A DNA stretch of 64,000 bases from Candidatus Spongiisociaceae bacterium (GTDB taxonomy: Bacteria; Actinomycetota; Acidimicrobiia; Spongiisociales; Spongiisociaceae): assembly GCA_965202665.1 (NCBI GenBank), contig OZ241841.1, forward strand, positions 1,152,001 through 1,216,000. The letters are read 5' to 3'. Positions 1 through 15,000 of this stretch are shown here, one piece after another (position 1 is the first letter of the stretch; each line of letters begins with the position of its first letter). A program made the translations under genes and the position numbers. Below the pieces are notes generated by a model that saw only the letters and a program-made list of their open reading frames with translations, had not been told where the DNA came from and made no database searches.

Positions 1-3000
1 GTAATGGAAATATCCATGATCGGAATCCCGTTGGGCAAAGAGCCCACTTCCGACCGTTCGGTCTCGCCCGCCACATTGTCGTCGGTAGTCAAAATCCGGA
101 AAGAGGAGGAGACGGCGCTTTCCCCCGCTGGGATGATGATATACAAGAAGCCGTCCTCTTGGAAACCATCATAGACGATGTAATCCTCTCCCGCCGTAGC
201 CGTATCATCCTCATTACCCACCGCCACCCGCACCACCGTATCCCGATCCCGCACTCCGTCGGCCCCCTCCGCGCCGGTCAACGAAGCGGTAACCGAAATT
301 TCAGGTACGTCCCGCAATGCATCCTGCTTGAAAGCATCATCCGTACAATTCTCATTGAACACAGGGGCGTTGTCGTCGTCAACACCCGTAACGCGACATG
401 CTGTGGAAAACGAAGAGCGTACTATATGCCTCTGGGCGGAGCGGACATAGGCAACTTCCGCTTCCGCGTCAAACTCAAGGCGATCATTGACCTCCCAATC
501 CCATCCTTCCAAAACATATTCTTGGTCCACGGTCAGTTTCACCGCCACCGTGTCGTCGTCCGCGATACGCAACACCGCCGGGTTGACTTTGTAACGCACC
601 GGATCCCCGTCTCCCGCCGCTTGCGCAAACCCGAACGCTTCAAAAGTCTCCACTTCTTCCGCCACCTGATCATCCACCAACCGCAACTCACCGGCTTTCA
701 CCGACACGCTGGAACGCCCGGCCGGAATGGTCAAAGTCAGCCTTTCCCGCTCCAACAACTCATAATCAATACCCGCCGCCGCCGAACCCCGGTTCAACAC
801 CGCCGTCACCTCCGTATCGGAGGTTACGCTCAAACCGGCAGGCCATCCGGCGGTCAACACCAGCGGCACCCGGCCGTCTCCTTCGCTGACGGTCCCCCGG
901 CTGAAACGCAAATCCAACTCCCCGGCCGCCTGCTCGTCGTCGATGATCAGCAAAGTGGCTTTGCCGACCCGATACCCTCCGAAAATGGAGCCGGTAACCG
1001 TTATCGACTCGTCGCCTTCCACCACCCGGTCATCCGACACCCGCAACTGCACGGTCGTCTTGCCGACGTGCTTGCCCGCCGGAATGGTCACCGTCGCCGT
1101 CTCCAAAGTGAAGTCGACCCCTTCGGTCGCCCGGCCTTGGTCCGACAACTCCAAGGCCACGGTCCGATCCTCCGCCAGAGTCGGGCAGGCCCCCGCCCGC
1201 TGGCAGTAGAACTGGGCGGTAACCGTCACCGGAACGGTTCCGTCCCCTTCGCCCACTTCACTCCGGTCCAGGGTGATATTGACCGCATCGACCGGAGATC
1301 TAGGATCATCTACGATAGTCATCGTCACCGGCGCCACCTGCAGGTCCCCGGTGGCCGTTCCGGAAATTATCAGCGACTCCGGCCCTTCCAAATTGGCATC
1401 CGACGGAACGGTTATGGATACTATCGTCTGATGGGCCGGCCCTATCTGAGCGGTGTAAGCGGGAACCTGCAAGGTGTTGCGCGGCAGATAGGTAACCTGG
1501 AAATCATTGGCGGAGGCGGTACCGCCCGCCACCGACAGGGTGACCGTGGCCGTAGAAGTCAAAAACCCCTGGTCGGCGGGAGGAGCGGCGGTGACCAGAT
1601 AGGTTCGGCCCACCCAACCTTCCGGCTCCGGAACGTCCACCCCGTCCGCGGTCAGCAAGGCCGGGGTCAATGTCAGAACCAAATCGGTGGGAGGATCATC
1701 GTTGTCGTTGATGACCAGGTTATGCGTTACGATTTGGTCCCGGAAACCGGCGGAAACCACCACCCGCTCCGCTCCCTCCACCAGTCGGTCATCGGTTACC
1801 GTCAAGTTGAAGGAACCGGTGACCGCGTTCTGACCGGCCGGGATGGTTAATGTGAAATCGGACACGTTCGCATAGTCGGTACGCGCCAAAGCCTGGCCCG
1901 CCTGCGACGGACAGTGCAACCGGCCCGCATCCTCGTCCGCGGTGCAAGCGGTCTCATCGGCGCCCCTCACTCTCACCGCCACCCCGATGGGCGAGGACAG
2001 CACCGCTCCTCCGGCCAGCGAAACGGTTACCCCCACCGCGGTGGTCCCCGAATCTTCCTCTACGGAGGCGGTGTCAACCTTCAAATTCACCGCCAAGTCG
2101 TCGTCGTCGATGATGCTCAAAGTTCCGTTGTTGATGATGGACTGCGGAATGTAGTCGGGGGAAGATCCCGTCAAAGGATCCGAACCGGTGATGGTCAAAA
2201 GCTTGTCCGATTCTTCCGGCAACCGGTCGTCTATCACCGGCAGACTGAAGGTGGTCGAGGCGGTGCGCCGCCCCGCCGGGAAGACAAATGTGAAGTCCGG
2301 CACCGCGGTGTAATCAGTCCCTTCCACAGCGGTGTCGCCCTCCGTCCCCACCGACACCCTGATCGGGGTATCGACGTCCGGGACGGCGCCGGGAACGGTC
2401 ACCTGCCGGGTGCGGAACTCCACGCATCTAGTCAAATCATCGTCGGTCAATAAGTCCCCATCGGGGCCCGGATCGTATGTCACATAAACGAAACTGCTCC
2501 CCTGTTGCGCATTGTCGCATTTGGGGTTGGTGTCGGGGTTGCCGTCGCCGTCGGCGTTATCGACGTCCGGCGCCGGCACCTGATACCCTTCCTGCGCCAC
2601 TTTGTCCACGGTGGCGTTCACCTGCACCGTGGCCGTTCCCGCCCCTTCGCTTACCGTAATAGGGGCTACGGACAGGGTGAAAGTCGGTCCCCGATTGGCT
2701 TCGATGAACATCGGCTTGTCGAACAGGCTGAACCCGGTGGGCGGGTCCAGCGCGGTCCCATCCACTTTGATAGTTTCCGACGGCTCCGATAACCCATCTT
2801 TTTTGACATCCAGCAAGAAATCAGCGGAAGCCTGGGTCTGACCGGCGGGAATAGTTATAACAACGGGGAGCGGCACGGTGAAGTCCGACCCTACGCCTGC
2901 GGGAACCAAGCCGCTCCGGGCGGCGGCGGCCTTCAACTCCACCCGCACCGCCAGGTCGCGGGGGAGACCGGCGGTGAAAGCCGTAAACGACGGCTGGTTT

Positions 3001-6000
3001 GACACTTGCGTCACTCGCGCCTGGGCGCCCGCACCTATTGTGTATGAGCAATGCACCGCCCCGAACTCGTCGGGGTCCGCGCAAGTGGCGGACTGCTGGT
3101 TGCCCCCTTGATCGGTGTAAGTAGCGGTGGTAGCGGCCGCGGTCCAAGTCCCCAACTGGGCGGTGACCGTTACCTGTTGCGGCTCATCCCCTTCCGAGAC
3201 CGTTTCGGGGCTTAATGTCAGTCGAACGCCGGGGGGGCCGCGGGAAATGGGATTCCCTTCACGATCAAGAGTTCGATCGTTGTCGTTAATGGTCAGGAAG
3301 AAGTCTCCTAATCTGTAGCCCGACGAAACGGCGGCGACGAACTGTAGGCTCTCCCCGTCTTCGGGAATGTTGTCATCGACCGCCTGCACCGTCATCTGTT
3401 TGCTTGCCGAGCGGCGCTGACCGGCCGGGATGGTCAAAGTTATGGGGGAGGCCAACGTGTAATCCGAGCTGGAAGCGATTACGCTGATCAGCCGCAGGTT
3501 GCGCACCTCCAAGTCCCGGTCCAAGACGGGGGTCCCCGCAGGCAGAAAAGCGGTGACCGCAATGGCCTCCGGACCGTTCCCTTCGGTCACGGAAGGCTGG
3601 AGGGTGGTCACAGAAAGCTGGGAGAAGGTGAGGAAGATCCGGCTGTAGTCGGTGACGGTTACCTGCAATGGGTCGATGTCGTCCCGGAACTCAAATTCCC
3701 CGAACGGGCCGGGGGTGGAAACGGCCCTAATCCACAAACTTTCATCCCCTTCCAACACCTTGTCGCGGATCGGTTTTATGTGGATAACGGCGGTGCCGCT
3801 GGTTTGGCCGGACGTGATGGTGATAGCGGCGGTGGAGGGGGCCGGGTCGCCGTCGGCGTCCACCACCTGGAAGTCAGAACCGGCGAAAGCGGTGCCGGAG
3901 CGCACCTCCAACGGAACTTCGACGTCCACATCCAAACCGGCCGGGGAGCCGCCGTCCCGAACGAGGGAGGCGGTGACGGTTACAGCAGTGTTGACGACGT
4001 CGTTTTCGTTAAGTTCCGTCACGTCCGCCGTCAGCTCAATCCCAGTGGGACGGCGGCTCCACTCGTCATCCCCGATCGGCGCCGAAGCAGGCCGCACCAC
4101 ATACCCGCCAGTGGCGGTACCGGTGAGCATTACGTTGCGGGGGACGGTGTTCACTACCTGGTCATTGAAGTTGGGTTGTGGATCGTTTCCGGACCTGATC
4201 GGAACAGCATGGCGTGTAGAACTACGATTCTGATTAGTGGCAATCGTAAAGGAACTCATGACCGTCCTGCCGGTTGGCACCACGGCATTCGTAGATACTG
4301 TGACGTTGCTTGCCACGGTGTTTCCGTTTTCCGTTTGAGCCCGACCCACCGTGATCCAGGGACGATTGCTTCTTGCTTCTTCACTTTCGGCGGACAACCC
4401 GACCGAGATTATTTTGTCAAAGGCGGGAATGGTTATGGTGGCCGGGTTGACGGTGAAATTGGCCGCGGAACCGGACACGATCACCGTCTCGTCGGGTTCC
4501 AACTGGTCGCTGTCAGTGGAGGCCGTAAGATTAAACGAAGCGGTACCGGAGGATTGGCCCGCGGCGATAGTTATCGAACCAGGAGCGGAGGCGGTGAAAT
4601 CGGCCGCCTGCGCCGTACCGGGCGAAACCGTTAGCGGAATTGCCAGTGGGCGTTGGGCGGTGACGCCGCTGGGCAAAGAAGCGGTGACGCTGACCGAATG
4701 AGCCATCGCCTGCTCCACGGCCGTAGTCTGGATGCCGGAAGCGCTACTCGTATCCGCCACCAAAGTAACCACCGAATCTGCAGGCGAGTCGGCAACGGTA
4801 ATAGTAAGCTCAGGCAAATACGCAGATGTAGGAGTGGTCATTAGAGGAGGACTAGTCCTGTGAGTTATGTAGTGGTAAATGCTAAAGGTCTCGTCGCCTT
4901 CCGCCAGGTTATCCGCCTTGAGATTTAGTACAATACTAACGGTAACGCTACGTTGGTTAGCTGGCAGAGTAACAAAATTATGAGGCGTAGCCGACCACGA
5001 CGAATAGTCGCTTTGATGGGTGAGAGTATCGTGAGATTGGGTTACCCCAAAGGCTATTGAATAATCTGATGCATAAGGACGACGGTCGTCGGGGACGGAA
5101 AGGGTCAGAGTAAAGGTGTGGGTGGCATCGGCCTCACCTTCCGTTACTCGATATTTGTCCAGGCTCCACTCCATTTCACGTATACCAACTGCGTTTTGGT
5201 CGTTTGCGGGAATGGTAACCGTCGCCCCAATGACCTTATGACTGTCGGATGTCCCCATAATGCTAAATCTTTCAAGGCTCTCCTGTGTCACATCGTCTAA
5301 TACCGACAGGTTCATCTGAGCGGAGGCGCGGCTGGCGCCGGCTGGAATAACTAAGTCGACGGAGGCGGGTGTGAAATCAGTTCCCGAGGTAGCATCACCC
5401 GTGCCACTGCCGGTGAAGGTAGATACCCGTACAACCAGCCCGCCGGGCGACGCGGTGTTCCCTCCACCGAGCTGGGCGGTAACGGTGGCCATGGTGGAGA
5501 CACCCTCGGAAATAGTGGATGGGGACACACTCAGCGTAACCGCGTCATTTTCATCGAGGCACGCAGAGTCGGACACTTCACTGATCACCGCATTGTAAGT
5601 TGTGCTTTGGGAGGCGCTATAGCCCAGCAACTGCATATTGCGCAGGGAACTGGGGATCGGGCCGGTAAAACCGTTCTCGCAGATTAGCAATCTGTTGCTA
5701 GCGGTACCGTCATCGAGAGCGGTATTGACCAGTTCGGCGGGGATGTTGCCGGTCAACCGGTTGTTGCTGATATCCAAATAGTTCAGCCGGGAAAGGCCGC
5801 CTAACGCAACGGGGATGGTTCCGGTCAAATCATTATTATTTAATCTCAGTTGGACGAGGGAACGCGGCAGGTTTATCGGGATGTCGCCGGTCAACCGGTT
5901 GTACTGCAAGTTCAAGTTCGTAAGGCTCGCCAGGTGAGTGAAGTAGGAGGGGATGGTCCCGGCGATGCTACTGGCGCCAACGCTGGCGTTGGACAGATCC

Positions 6001-9000
6001 AACGTGGTAACCCAATCTCCCGTTAAGGTCACTCCCGGCCAACTCCCGAGGGCCTCGGTTGTGCCTGTGCCCCACCGCAACAACTTATGGGTGGAGGGCA
6101 GGCCGGCGTTGGCCAAGTTGCCGGTCCAATGGTTGCGGATAGACACCAAGGCCTCGCACTGGCTGACCCTAGTGCGACTTGGCGACGAGCCCACCACGGC
6201 GGTGGTGTTGCAGATGTTCCAATCCAGAGGTGCGTGGGCGTCGTTGTTGGCGATGGTAACCGTGGCCGGGCTGATCGTGAAGGAAGCCAGAGTTCCGGTG
6301 ATGGTGAAGTTTTTGTCCGCCGCCGCCGCGCTGTTCTCGGCGGTGGTCAAATTGAAGGAGACGCTGCCGGTGCGGGAGCCCTGCGGAATGGTGATCCTCT
6401 GACCGGTCACGGTGGTGAAGTCGGTCCCAGCCATCGCCGTCCCGTTGGACAGAGTCAAGGAGATTGAGGTATCGGAGGAGCGAGTAGCGGAGTCGGCAGG
6501 GAAGGCGGCGGTTACCGTGATGTTGGTGGTGGAGCCCTCCGTCACCGTCGCCGGGCTGACGGTCAGGCTGGCCGTAGTCGGCGCGGAGCCGTCGTCGTCG
6601 GTGATGACGAAGGAGGTCCCGACCACCGCAATGTCGTCGACGCTCCCGGTTATGCGCAAGGTCTCGTCCGCTTCGGCGATGGCGTCGTTTTCGAGATTCA
6701 GCGTGAATGTGGCCTTGGCGGAGGTTTGCCCGGCGGGGATAACGATTTCAAACGGGTCCACCGCCGCGTAGTCCCCGGGGGCGGCGGCGCTTCCCCCCGA
6801 CGGGTTTACGGTCACCGTGGTAGCGGAAGTGGGCAGGGCGGGTTGTCCCGCGCCGCTGAAGCCGACCAGGGAGGCGGTAACGGTGATTACGGGATCGGGG
6901 GCGGCGTTTTCGGCCGCGGTCTGCGGGTCCACGCTCAGTTGCACCGCCCGCCGGCAGTCCGCAACCGAACGCAGACGGGGGCTAAACGGCCCGTAGATGA
7001 AACCGGCGTCGGCGGTGGAATCCTCCACCCGCACCCATTCGCTGAGCAGGTCGCTGGGCAGATTGCCGGATAGGTTGTTCCCGCAGAAACTGAACCATCG
7101 CAAAGCGCCACCCGTCCGATAAGGCGAATAGGCCAGTTCCCCCAGCGAAGAGGGGATGGTCCCGCTCAACTGGTTGTCGTCCAAATGCAACCGTTGCAGG
7201 TTGGTTAACCGGCCCAAAGAGGCGGGAATGGAACCGGTCAGCCGGTTGTCATGCAGATACAACAACGCCAAATTGGACAGGTTGCCCAAAGTGGAGGGAA
7301 TGGTTCCGGTCAGCTGGTTGCCGGACAGGACCAGCGTCGACAGGCGGGGTATGTTACCCAACCGAACCGGGATTTCGCCGGACAGATCGTTGTTGTGCAG
7401 GGTCAGCCAGGTCAGATTGGCCAGATCGACCACTCCGGCCGGGATCTCCCCCGACAGATCGTTGTATTGCAAAGACAACTGATTCAATCTGGTCAAAGAA
7501 CCGATCCCAGACGGAATGGAGCCGGTCAACCCGTTGCCTTCCAGAGTCAGTATGATTAAGTTGGTGAGGCTGGTGATCCCTGAGGGAATGTTCCCAGTCA
7601 ACCGGTTGTTTTCCAGCTTCAGTTGAATCAGGTTGGTCAGGGCGCCTATCTGGGAGGGAATAGAACCGGTCAACCGGTTGTTTTGTATTTGCAGGTTCCG
7701 TAAACTGGTGAGGCTGGTAATCGTAGCAGGAATACTCCCGGTCAACCGGTTGTTGCTCAGTGACAGCCATTCCAGGCCGGTCCAAGAATTGATTCCGGTG
7801 GGAATGTTCCCGGACAACCGGTTGTTGGACAAAATAAGGTGGGTCAGGGTAGCCGAAACGGAGGGTATGGAACCGGTCAACTGGTTGCTGCTCAGATTCA
7901 ACCTGTGCAAGGCGGTCATGGAATTGATTCCGGAGGGGATGGAACCGGACAACCGGTTGTTGTCCAGATGCAGTCGGGACAGGCTGGTCAAACTGGTTAT
8001 CCCAGAGGGGATGGCCCCCGACAACTGGTTGCCGGACAAGATCAGATTTACCAAACCAGTCAGGCTGGTAATCCCAGAAGGTATGGAACCGGTCAACCGG
8101 TTGTTGCCCAGATGAAGTTCGGTGAGGGCGGTCAGCGAACCAATCTGCGACGGGATTGCGCCGGACAGGCGGTTGCCCGTCAAATTAAGGCTTGTCAAAC
8201 CGGTCAGCAAACCGATCTCGGTGGGAATGGTCCCGTACAGGTACTCGTCCGTCGTCCTGGGTTGGAGAGACAGGCGGGTCACCCGGGTCCCGGTGGCCCT
8301 AACGCCCGGCCAGCCCGGCGTGATGTTGATTTTGGCGGCGGGGTCTCCGCTCCCCCAGGAACGCAACGGATGGTCGGCGGGGAGTCCGCCTTCGGCGGCG
8401 GGGCGGGCGTTGTCCGCGTTGCCCAGCCAATGGTTTCTGATAGCGACCAAAGCCCGGCAGTCAGCCACCAGAAGGGCGTTGCTACCGGGGTTGTCCACAT
8501 AGGTCCCGTCGGCGCAAGCGGCCGGGTCCAGGGCGGTGAGGGCGCCGTCGTTGCCGGCGATGGTCACCACCGCATCGGTCACCGTCGTGGAAGACAGGGA
8601 GCCGGACAGCGAACCGGAAACGGTGATCGTTTCGGCGCCTTCGGCCGCCGTGTCCGGTCTAACCGTAATGCTGAAAGTGGTGGTCCCGGTGGTTGCCCCG
8701 GCGGCTAGGGAAATAGCGGCCGGGGCGGTGGCGGTGAAATCTTTAGCAGGGCCCCGTTCCGCTTGGCCGGCCCCGGTTCCGCCCGCCACCGAAACCGTAA
8801 CCGTGGTTCCCCCCGCCGGTGCGACCACCCCGGCGGGCAGGGTGGCGGTGACGGTGATGGCTTGCGTGTTGTCGGCGCTGTTTTCGGTAAGCACCGCCGG
8901 GGAGACGGTGAGGGTTGCCGTCGGGTCGGTGATGGTCAACTTAACCGGGTTGACGGTCAACCCGGCGGCTTGGCCGGAAACGGTCAACGTCTCCGCCCCT

Positions 9001-12000
9001 TCCCCGGCCGTGTCCGACGAAATGACCAAACCGAACCGGACGGAAGCGCTGCGGGAACCGGCCGGGATGGTCACCGCCAGGTTGTTGCGCGGTTGGAAGT
9101 CCACCCGGGGGGTGGCCGTATCCCCGGCGACCGCCCCCACCGACGCGTTGATTACCGTGTCCTGGTCGCGGGCCTTGGAATCACCCGCGAAGGCGGCTCG
9201 CAAAGTGATAATTACGGACCGGGACCCGTCGGGGGATTCGGCCACGGTGGCGGGGGACAGGGACAGGTCGATGGCGGTGGGAGCGGGGTCGCTGGCCGGA
9301 ATGGTGAACGTAGCCGGTTGCACCGCGTATCCAGACCCTTCCCCGGCCGAACCGGTGAGGGTGATGGTTTCGGCGTCTTCAGTTGTCCGATCGTTGTCCA
9401 CGGCGATGGCGAGGTCGGCGGTGGCGGAACGGGTGTTGGCCGGAATGGTGATGGTCACCGTCTCGGGAGCGGTGTAATCCCCGGCGACCGCCTCATCCAC
9501 CTCGGCGGTGTCCGGGTCATCGGCCCGGCTGCGGGTGGCCGTATCGTCCGTCTTCCCCACCGTTACGGTGACCGTAACCGGGTCGGCGGGCGTGGTCACC
9601 CCGGCCGCGTATTCGGCGGTCACGGTGGCCGAAACCGAATCGCCCTCCCCGGCTTGGTTGGGAGAGACGGTGAGCGTAATCCCCTTATCGTTGTCGGTGA
9701 TGGTAAAGAAGGTGTTGTCAACCGTGTAGGAGCCCCCCGCCACGGTTCCCACCAAGCTGACGGTCTCCGAACCTTCCCCAGGTGTCTCATCGTCGATGAC
9801 ATTCAAAGCGAAAGCGGCTGAGCCGCTCCTCTGTCCGGCCGGAATCACGATGCGGAGGGTTGCGACGGCCTGGTAGTCCTGCCCGCGGGTAGCGGTGCTG
9901 GCCAACGTGGCCTGCTCGCCGATGGCGACGTCCACCACCGTCCGGGAGCTGACCGGGACGGCGTCGTCCGGGAAAGCGGCCGTAACCGTAACGGTGCGGG
10001 CCCCGACGTCCTCCGCTGCGAAAGTCTGCGCTCCGGAAATGTCCGGGTCAAGGTCAACGGCCAACGCCACCCGTTGCGGAGTTTCGTCGGCGTCGGTCAG
10101 GGTTACGGTTCTGCTGGCGGGGGAGACGGTCAACCCTTCGGGCTGGACTATTTTGACCGTTATCGTTTCCGAAGCCCCCGCCCCAGTCTCGTCCAGCTGG
10201 TCGGCGGTTCCCGACAGGCTGAAAACGGACGAGCCTTGCGTCTCCCCGGCTGGGATGATCACTGAAAAATCGGCCACCGGCTGATAATCCGTCCCCGCCT
10301 GAGCCGTGTCCCGCTCCACCACATTCATGGTGGCCGGATCATCGGCGTCCCCCACTTTGAAGCGAACCGCCGTAGCCCCGGTGCGCGCCCCGCCGGTGAG
10401 GGAAGCGGTTACTTTCACCTCTATGTCGGAGGGGCTTTCCTGAACCGAGGTCGGGCTGAGGATCCATGTCACTCCGGTGGGGGTGGATTCGTCGTCCACG
10501 ATCCCTATCCGGGCGGACACGATCGGCAACGAACCGGATTCGCCGACCACCGACAAAAATTCCACCGACTCGGAGGCGGAATCGTCCGTAGGCGTCAGTT
10601 GCAATGCGACCGAGGAGCTCCGTTTCCCGGCCGGAATGACAATCGCCAAGTTGGAAAGTCCCCCCTCCGCCGTCGCCGTGTAATCAGTGTTAGCCGTCGC
10701 CGAATCGCCCGTCGCCCCCACCGTCAACGACACCGTTGTGTCCCGCTCCGACAGGTTGCCGCCCGAACCTCCGTATTCGGGCCGGGTGGCGGTTACGGTC
10801 ACCTCGGTGAGCCCGTCTTCTTCGCCCACCACCGCCGGGGAAACGGTCAACACCACCCCCTGGGCGCACGCCTCCGCCCGCCGCGCCCCGGAGGGCAACC
10901 CGACCAGCTCCACTTCGGAAAGGAGCAAAGCGGGCACGGGCCCGGTGATCCCGTTGCCGCAGAAACCGAACCGGGACAAAGAGCCGCCCGCCGTAGCCGA
11001 CAAACTTACCAGGGCGGCGGGGAAGGGCCCGGTGAGCAAGTTGCCGGAAACCAAAAGCGTCTCCAACTTGGTCAAAGAACCCAAAGAAGTAGGCAGGGAA
11101 CCGGTAAGCCGGTTGCCGGACAGATCCAGGTAGGCGATGTCCTCCAACACTTCCAGTCCGGTGGGGAAGGCGGTGGTCAGCCCAATCCCGTTCAGATCCA
11201 AATAGGTTATTTCATCCAATGCGGACGGCCACTGCGCGAGACCGGCCGGGTAGAAGTTCGGGTTGCCGCCCAAATCCAAATGGGTGAGTCCCCTCACCCG
11301 GATGAGAGAAGTGGGAATACCGCCGGTCAACCCGTTGTCGCCCAACATCAGCTTCTCCAAACGGGACAGATCTCCTATATCGGCGGGGATGGCACCGGTG
11401 AGCCGGTTGCCGCCCAAATCGAGAACCCGCAAATCGGCCAACGAAGTCAAAGCGGCCGGGATGGAACCCGTAAACTGGTTGCCGCCCAAATCCAACATCG
11501 TCAAACCGGTGAAACCCCCCAACGCGGCCGGGATGGAGCCGGTAAGCCGGTTGCCGCCCAAATCCAACATCGTCAAACCGTCCCAACCGTCCAATGAGGC
11601 CGGGAGGGGGCCCCGCAACCGGTTCCCCGACAAATCCAAAGTAATCAAATCCAAACTCCCCAAGCTGGCCGGGAAGGAACCGGTCAACCGGTTATTGGAC
11701 AAATTAAGATAAGCCAGGTCTGCCAACCCCGTCAAACGGGGCAAATTCCCCGAAAAGTTGTTGCCGGAAAGATCAAGACGCTCCAAACCAGCGAACTTGC
11801 CCACCCACGACGGGACCGTCCCCGTCAGTTTATTCCCAGACAAATCCAAATCGGTCAAAGACCACAATCCATTTCTTCTGCCGTTATCGGTTAGCGGGGA
11901 GAAATTCCACGGGAACCCTCCGGTGAGTTGGTTGTCGCTCAGGTCGAGTTTCTCCAACTTGGTCAAAGAACCCAATAAGCCGGGCAGGTGGTCGCTCAAC

Positions 12001-15000
12001 TGGTTGCCGGACAAATCCAAAAAGGTCAGATCGGTGGAACGGAATTCCGGCACAGAACCGGTAAAGCCGTTTCCGGACAAGTCCAAGTGGGATAACTTGG
12101 TCAAAGAGTCCAAGAAACCGGGCAGGGGACCGCTCAACTGGTTGCCGGACAAATCCAAAAAGGTCAGAATGGTGGGACTGAAATTCGGCACAGAACCGGT
12201 GAAGCCGTTTCCGGACAGGTCCAAGTGGGTGAGGTTGGTGAAGGATATCACCTCGGAGGGAAAGGCCCCGGTGAGTCCGGTGTCGGACAGGTCAATTACG
12301 GACAAGTTAGCGTCCAGCGCGCGGCGCCTAGCCAGCTCCTCGTTCTGCCTGTCGGTGGGGGGGTTGGACAAGACCACTCCCGATATGTTGACATCCAGTC
12401 CGGTCGGCCACGAAGTCAACGAGTTGCCGCCCACTCGCAACTCGACAAGGCCGGTCATTTGAGTCACGTCCAAAGACCTCAAAGATAAGTAGTTGTCGGA
12501 CAGGTCCAACTTGGTCAAACCGCTTCGCAGAACTCCGGACGGGAGGGAGCCGGTCAAACGGTTGCCCCCCAAGTCCAGGCTGGTCAAAGCCGACAAATCG
12601 CCAATCTGGGCCGGGACCGTGCCTGAGATCCGGTTCGCCTCCACCTCGGTGCTGGGAAGGATGGGAACCGCCCGCGTGGCGGTGTAGTAGAAGCCAAGCT
12701 GGGGACTACAATTCGGGAGAAAGATGAGGTCGCTTTGATCTGGGTTTTGGCATGTTACGGTGATGGAGTCGACCGGTACCAAACCTTCCAGTCCCTGGTT
12801 GCGCAGGTTTAGTCCCGTTACCCGCAAAACGCCCCCGACTCTTTCCAAAGTCACCCCCGGCCATATTCGGATGTCCCGGGTTCCGAACCTGCTCTCCAAC
12901 ACACTTTCGCTCAGGCGGGTGGCGGAAAGGACCGGGGGGCTCCAAGGGGCGTATCCGATCGCCCCCCAGGCGCGGAGCACATGGGTTTCATCTATGTTTT
13001 TGGTACCTTGGGTTTCGTCCACATTGGGCGTGCTCGGATCGTCGGGGGTGTACGGAATGTCCACCGGCAGGTTCCCGTTGAGGGGGTTGTTGGTGAAATG
13101 ATTACGGATACCGACCAACGCCCGGCAATCCGCAATCAACAGGGTGTTGGACGTATCTTCCACGAAGGTTCCATCGGCGCACAACGCCGAGTCCAACGGC
13201 GTAATAGAACTGTCATCATCAACGATTGTTATCGCGAACTCGGATGGGTAGACCTTGAACCCGGTCGGGGGGGTAACCACTCGCAACAACACCGTCTTTT
13301 CCCGCTCTATGTCAGCGTCCTGGGGGACCGCCACCGTCACAGTCGTCGCACCAATCGTTTGGCCAGATGCAATAGTCAAATCAACATTGCCCGTCAAAGC
13401 CGTATAATCATTAGCAGACGCAAGCGCAGAACCATCCGCCAAATTCAACGACAAAGTTACCGGGCTCGTTTCCTGGCCATCCGGCAACGTAGCCCCTACC
13501 GTTATCGTCTCCGATCCGCCTTCCGCTACTCTACTCGGGGTAATGGACAACTCAACCGCCTTCCCCGTTTCGTTATCCTCGATTGCCACCTCCGCCTCCG
13601 ACACCCCCAACACTCCCCACGAACCAATCGCCACCCCCTGCGGACTCCCCACCTGCGCCGACTCCAGCCCCTCCCAGGTCGCGTCGTCCGTCACCGATAA
13701 AACAAACACGCCGCTCCCCGCCAACTTGCCCGCCGGGATGGTAATAGTGAAATTAGGAACCGTCGCAAAATCACTCCCAGCCGTCGCCGACCCGCCGCCC
13801 ACCGACACCGGCACCACGATATCCCCTTCCGGCCGCGCCGGTTGACCCGGCCCCCCGAACCCGGCCAGCGTCGCCGACACCGAAATCCGCGTCTCGTCAT
13901 CGCCCTCCGCCACTAGCGACGGGCTCACCGACAACTCCACCCGGCTTTCCCTGTCCACCACCGTCACCTCCACCGGTTCCACCACCCTCATCCAAGGACC
14001 TGCTGAAAATCGAGCCTCCCCGGTAATCGTCACCACCTCCGGACCTTCAAACAATTCATCTTGCTTCGCCCGAATTCGAACCCTCGTTCCAGCCGCCCAA
14101 TTCCTGGTTGTCCCAAAATATTGAGTATTGCCGGACCAACCGTGGACATCGGCCGAATCAGCCACCGACCACCTTACATGCGTAAAACCGGGATAGGCCG
14201 GTTGCCCAGGTCCCCCAAACCCAAACAACCCTCCCGTAATGAAAGGATTAAAATCTTCCCCCTCCCGCACGAAGTTCCTGGGGAGGGCAAACCAGACCCA
14301 TTGCTCGTCATCCAACACCCTCACCAGCGTCCCGGCATCGTGCGTCGCCTGCAACCGCCCCCCCGCAACCGCCACCCCATCCGCCGGGCCCACCACCGCC
14401 AACCATTCATCCCGCTCCCGTAAAGAATCATCCACCGTCTCCAACCGGAAAGCGCCCGTCCCGCTGGTCGAACCGGCCGGAATCGTAACCGTGAAATCAG
14501 GAACCGCTTTATAATCACCCGGCCCGGCGACGCCGCCCGTCACCGACACTCCCGCCGACCCGCCAGCCACTGACACCGGCACCGCCACATCCTCCGTGGG
14601 CGCCGCCGGCTTCCCCGCCCCTCCGAAACCAACCAACTCGGCGGTAACCGTCACCGTCGCCGACACCCCCTCATTCACAGAACCGGGACTTACCCTCAAC
14701 TGCACCCGGCTGTCCTCATCCAAAACAAACAACTGCTCCCCGAACACCAGCAACCCGGCGGACACCCCCGACACGTTCGCAAACTCCGAACCTTCGAACA
14801 AAGCGTCGGGCGCCCCCGTCAGCCAAAAACTCCCCTTCCCGCTCGCCGAGCCCGCCGGAATCGTAACCGTGAAATTATCCACCGCGCCGCTCTCGCCCCT
14901 CCCCTGGTAATCAGCGGCCGCCGCCGTGCCGCCCGCCACCGACACCGTCACCACCGTATCCGTCCCGGGCAAGCCCGGCTCCCCCGCCCCTCCGAACCCG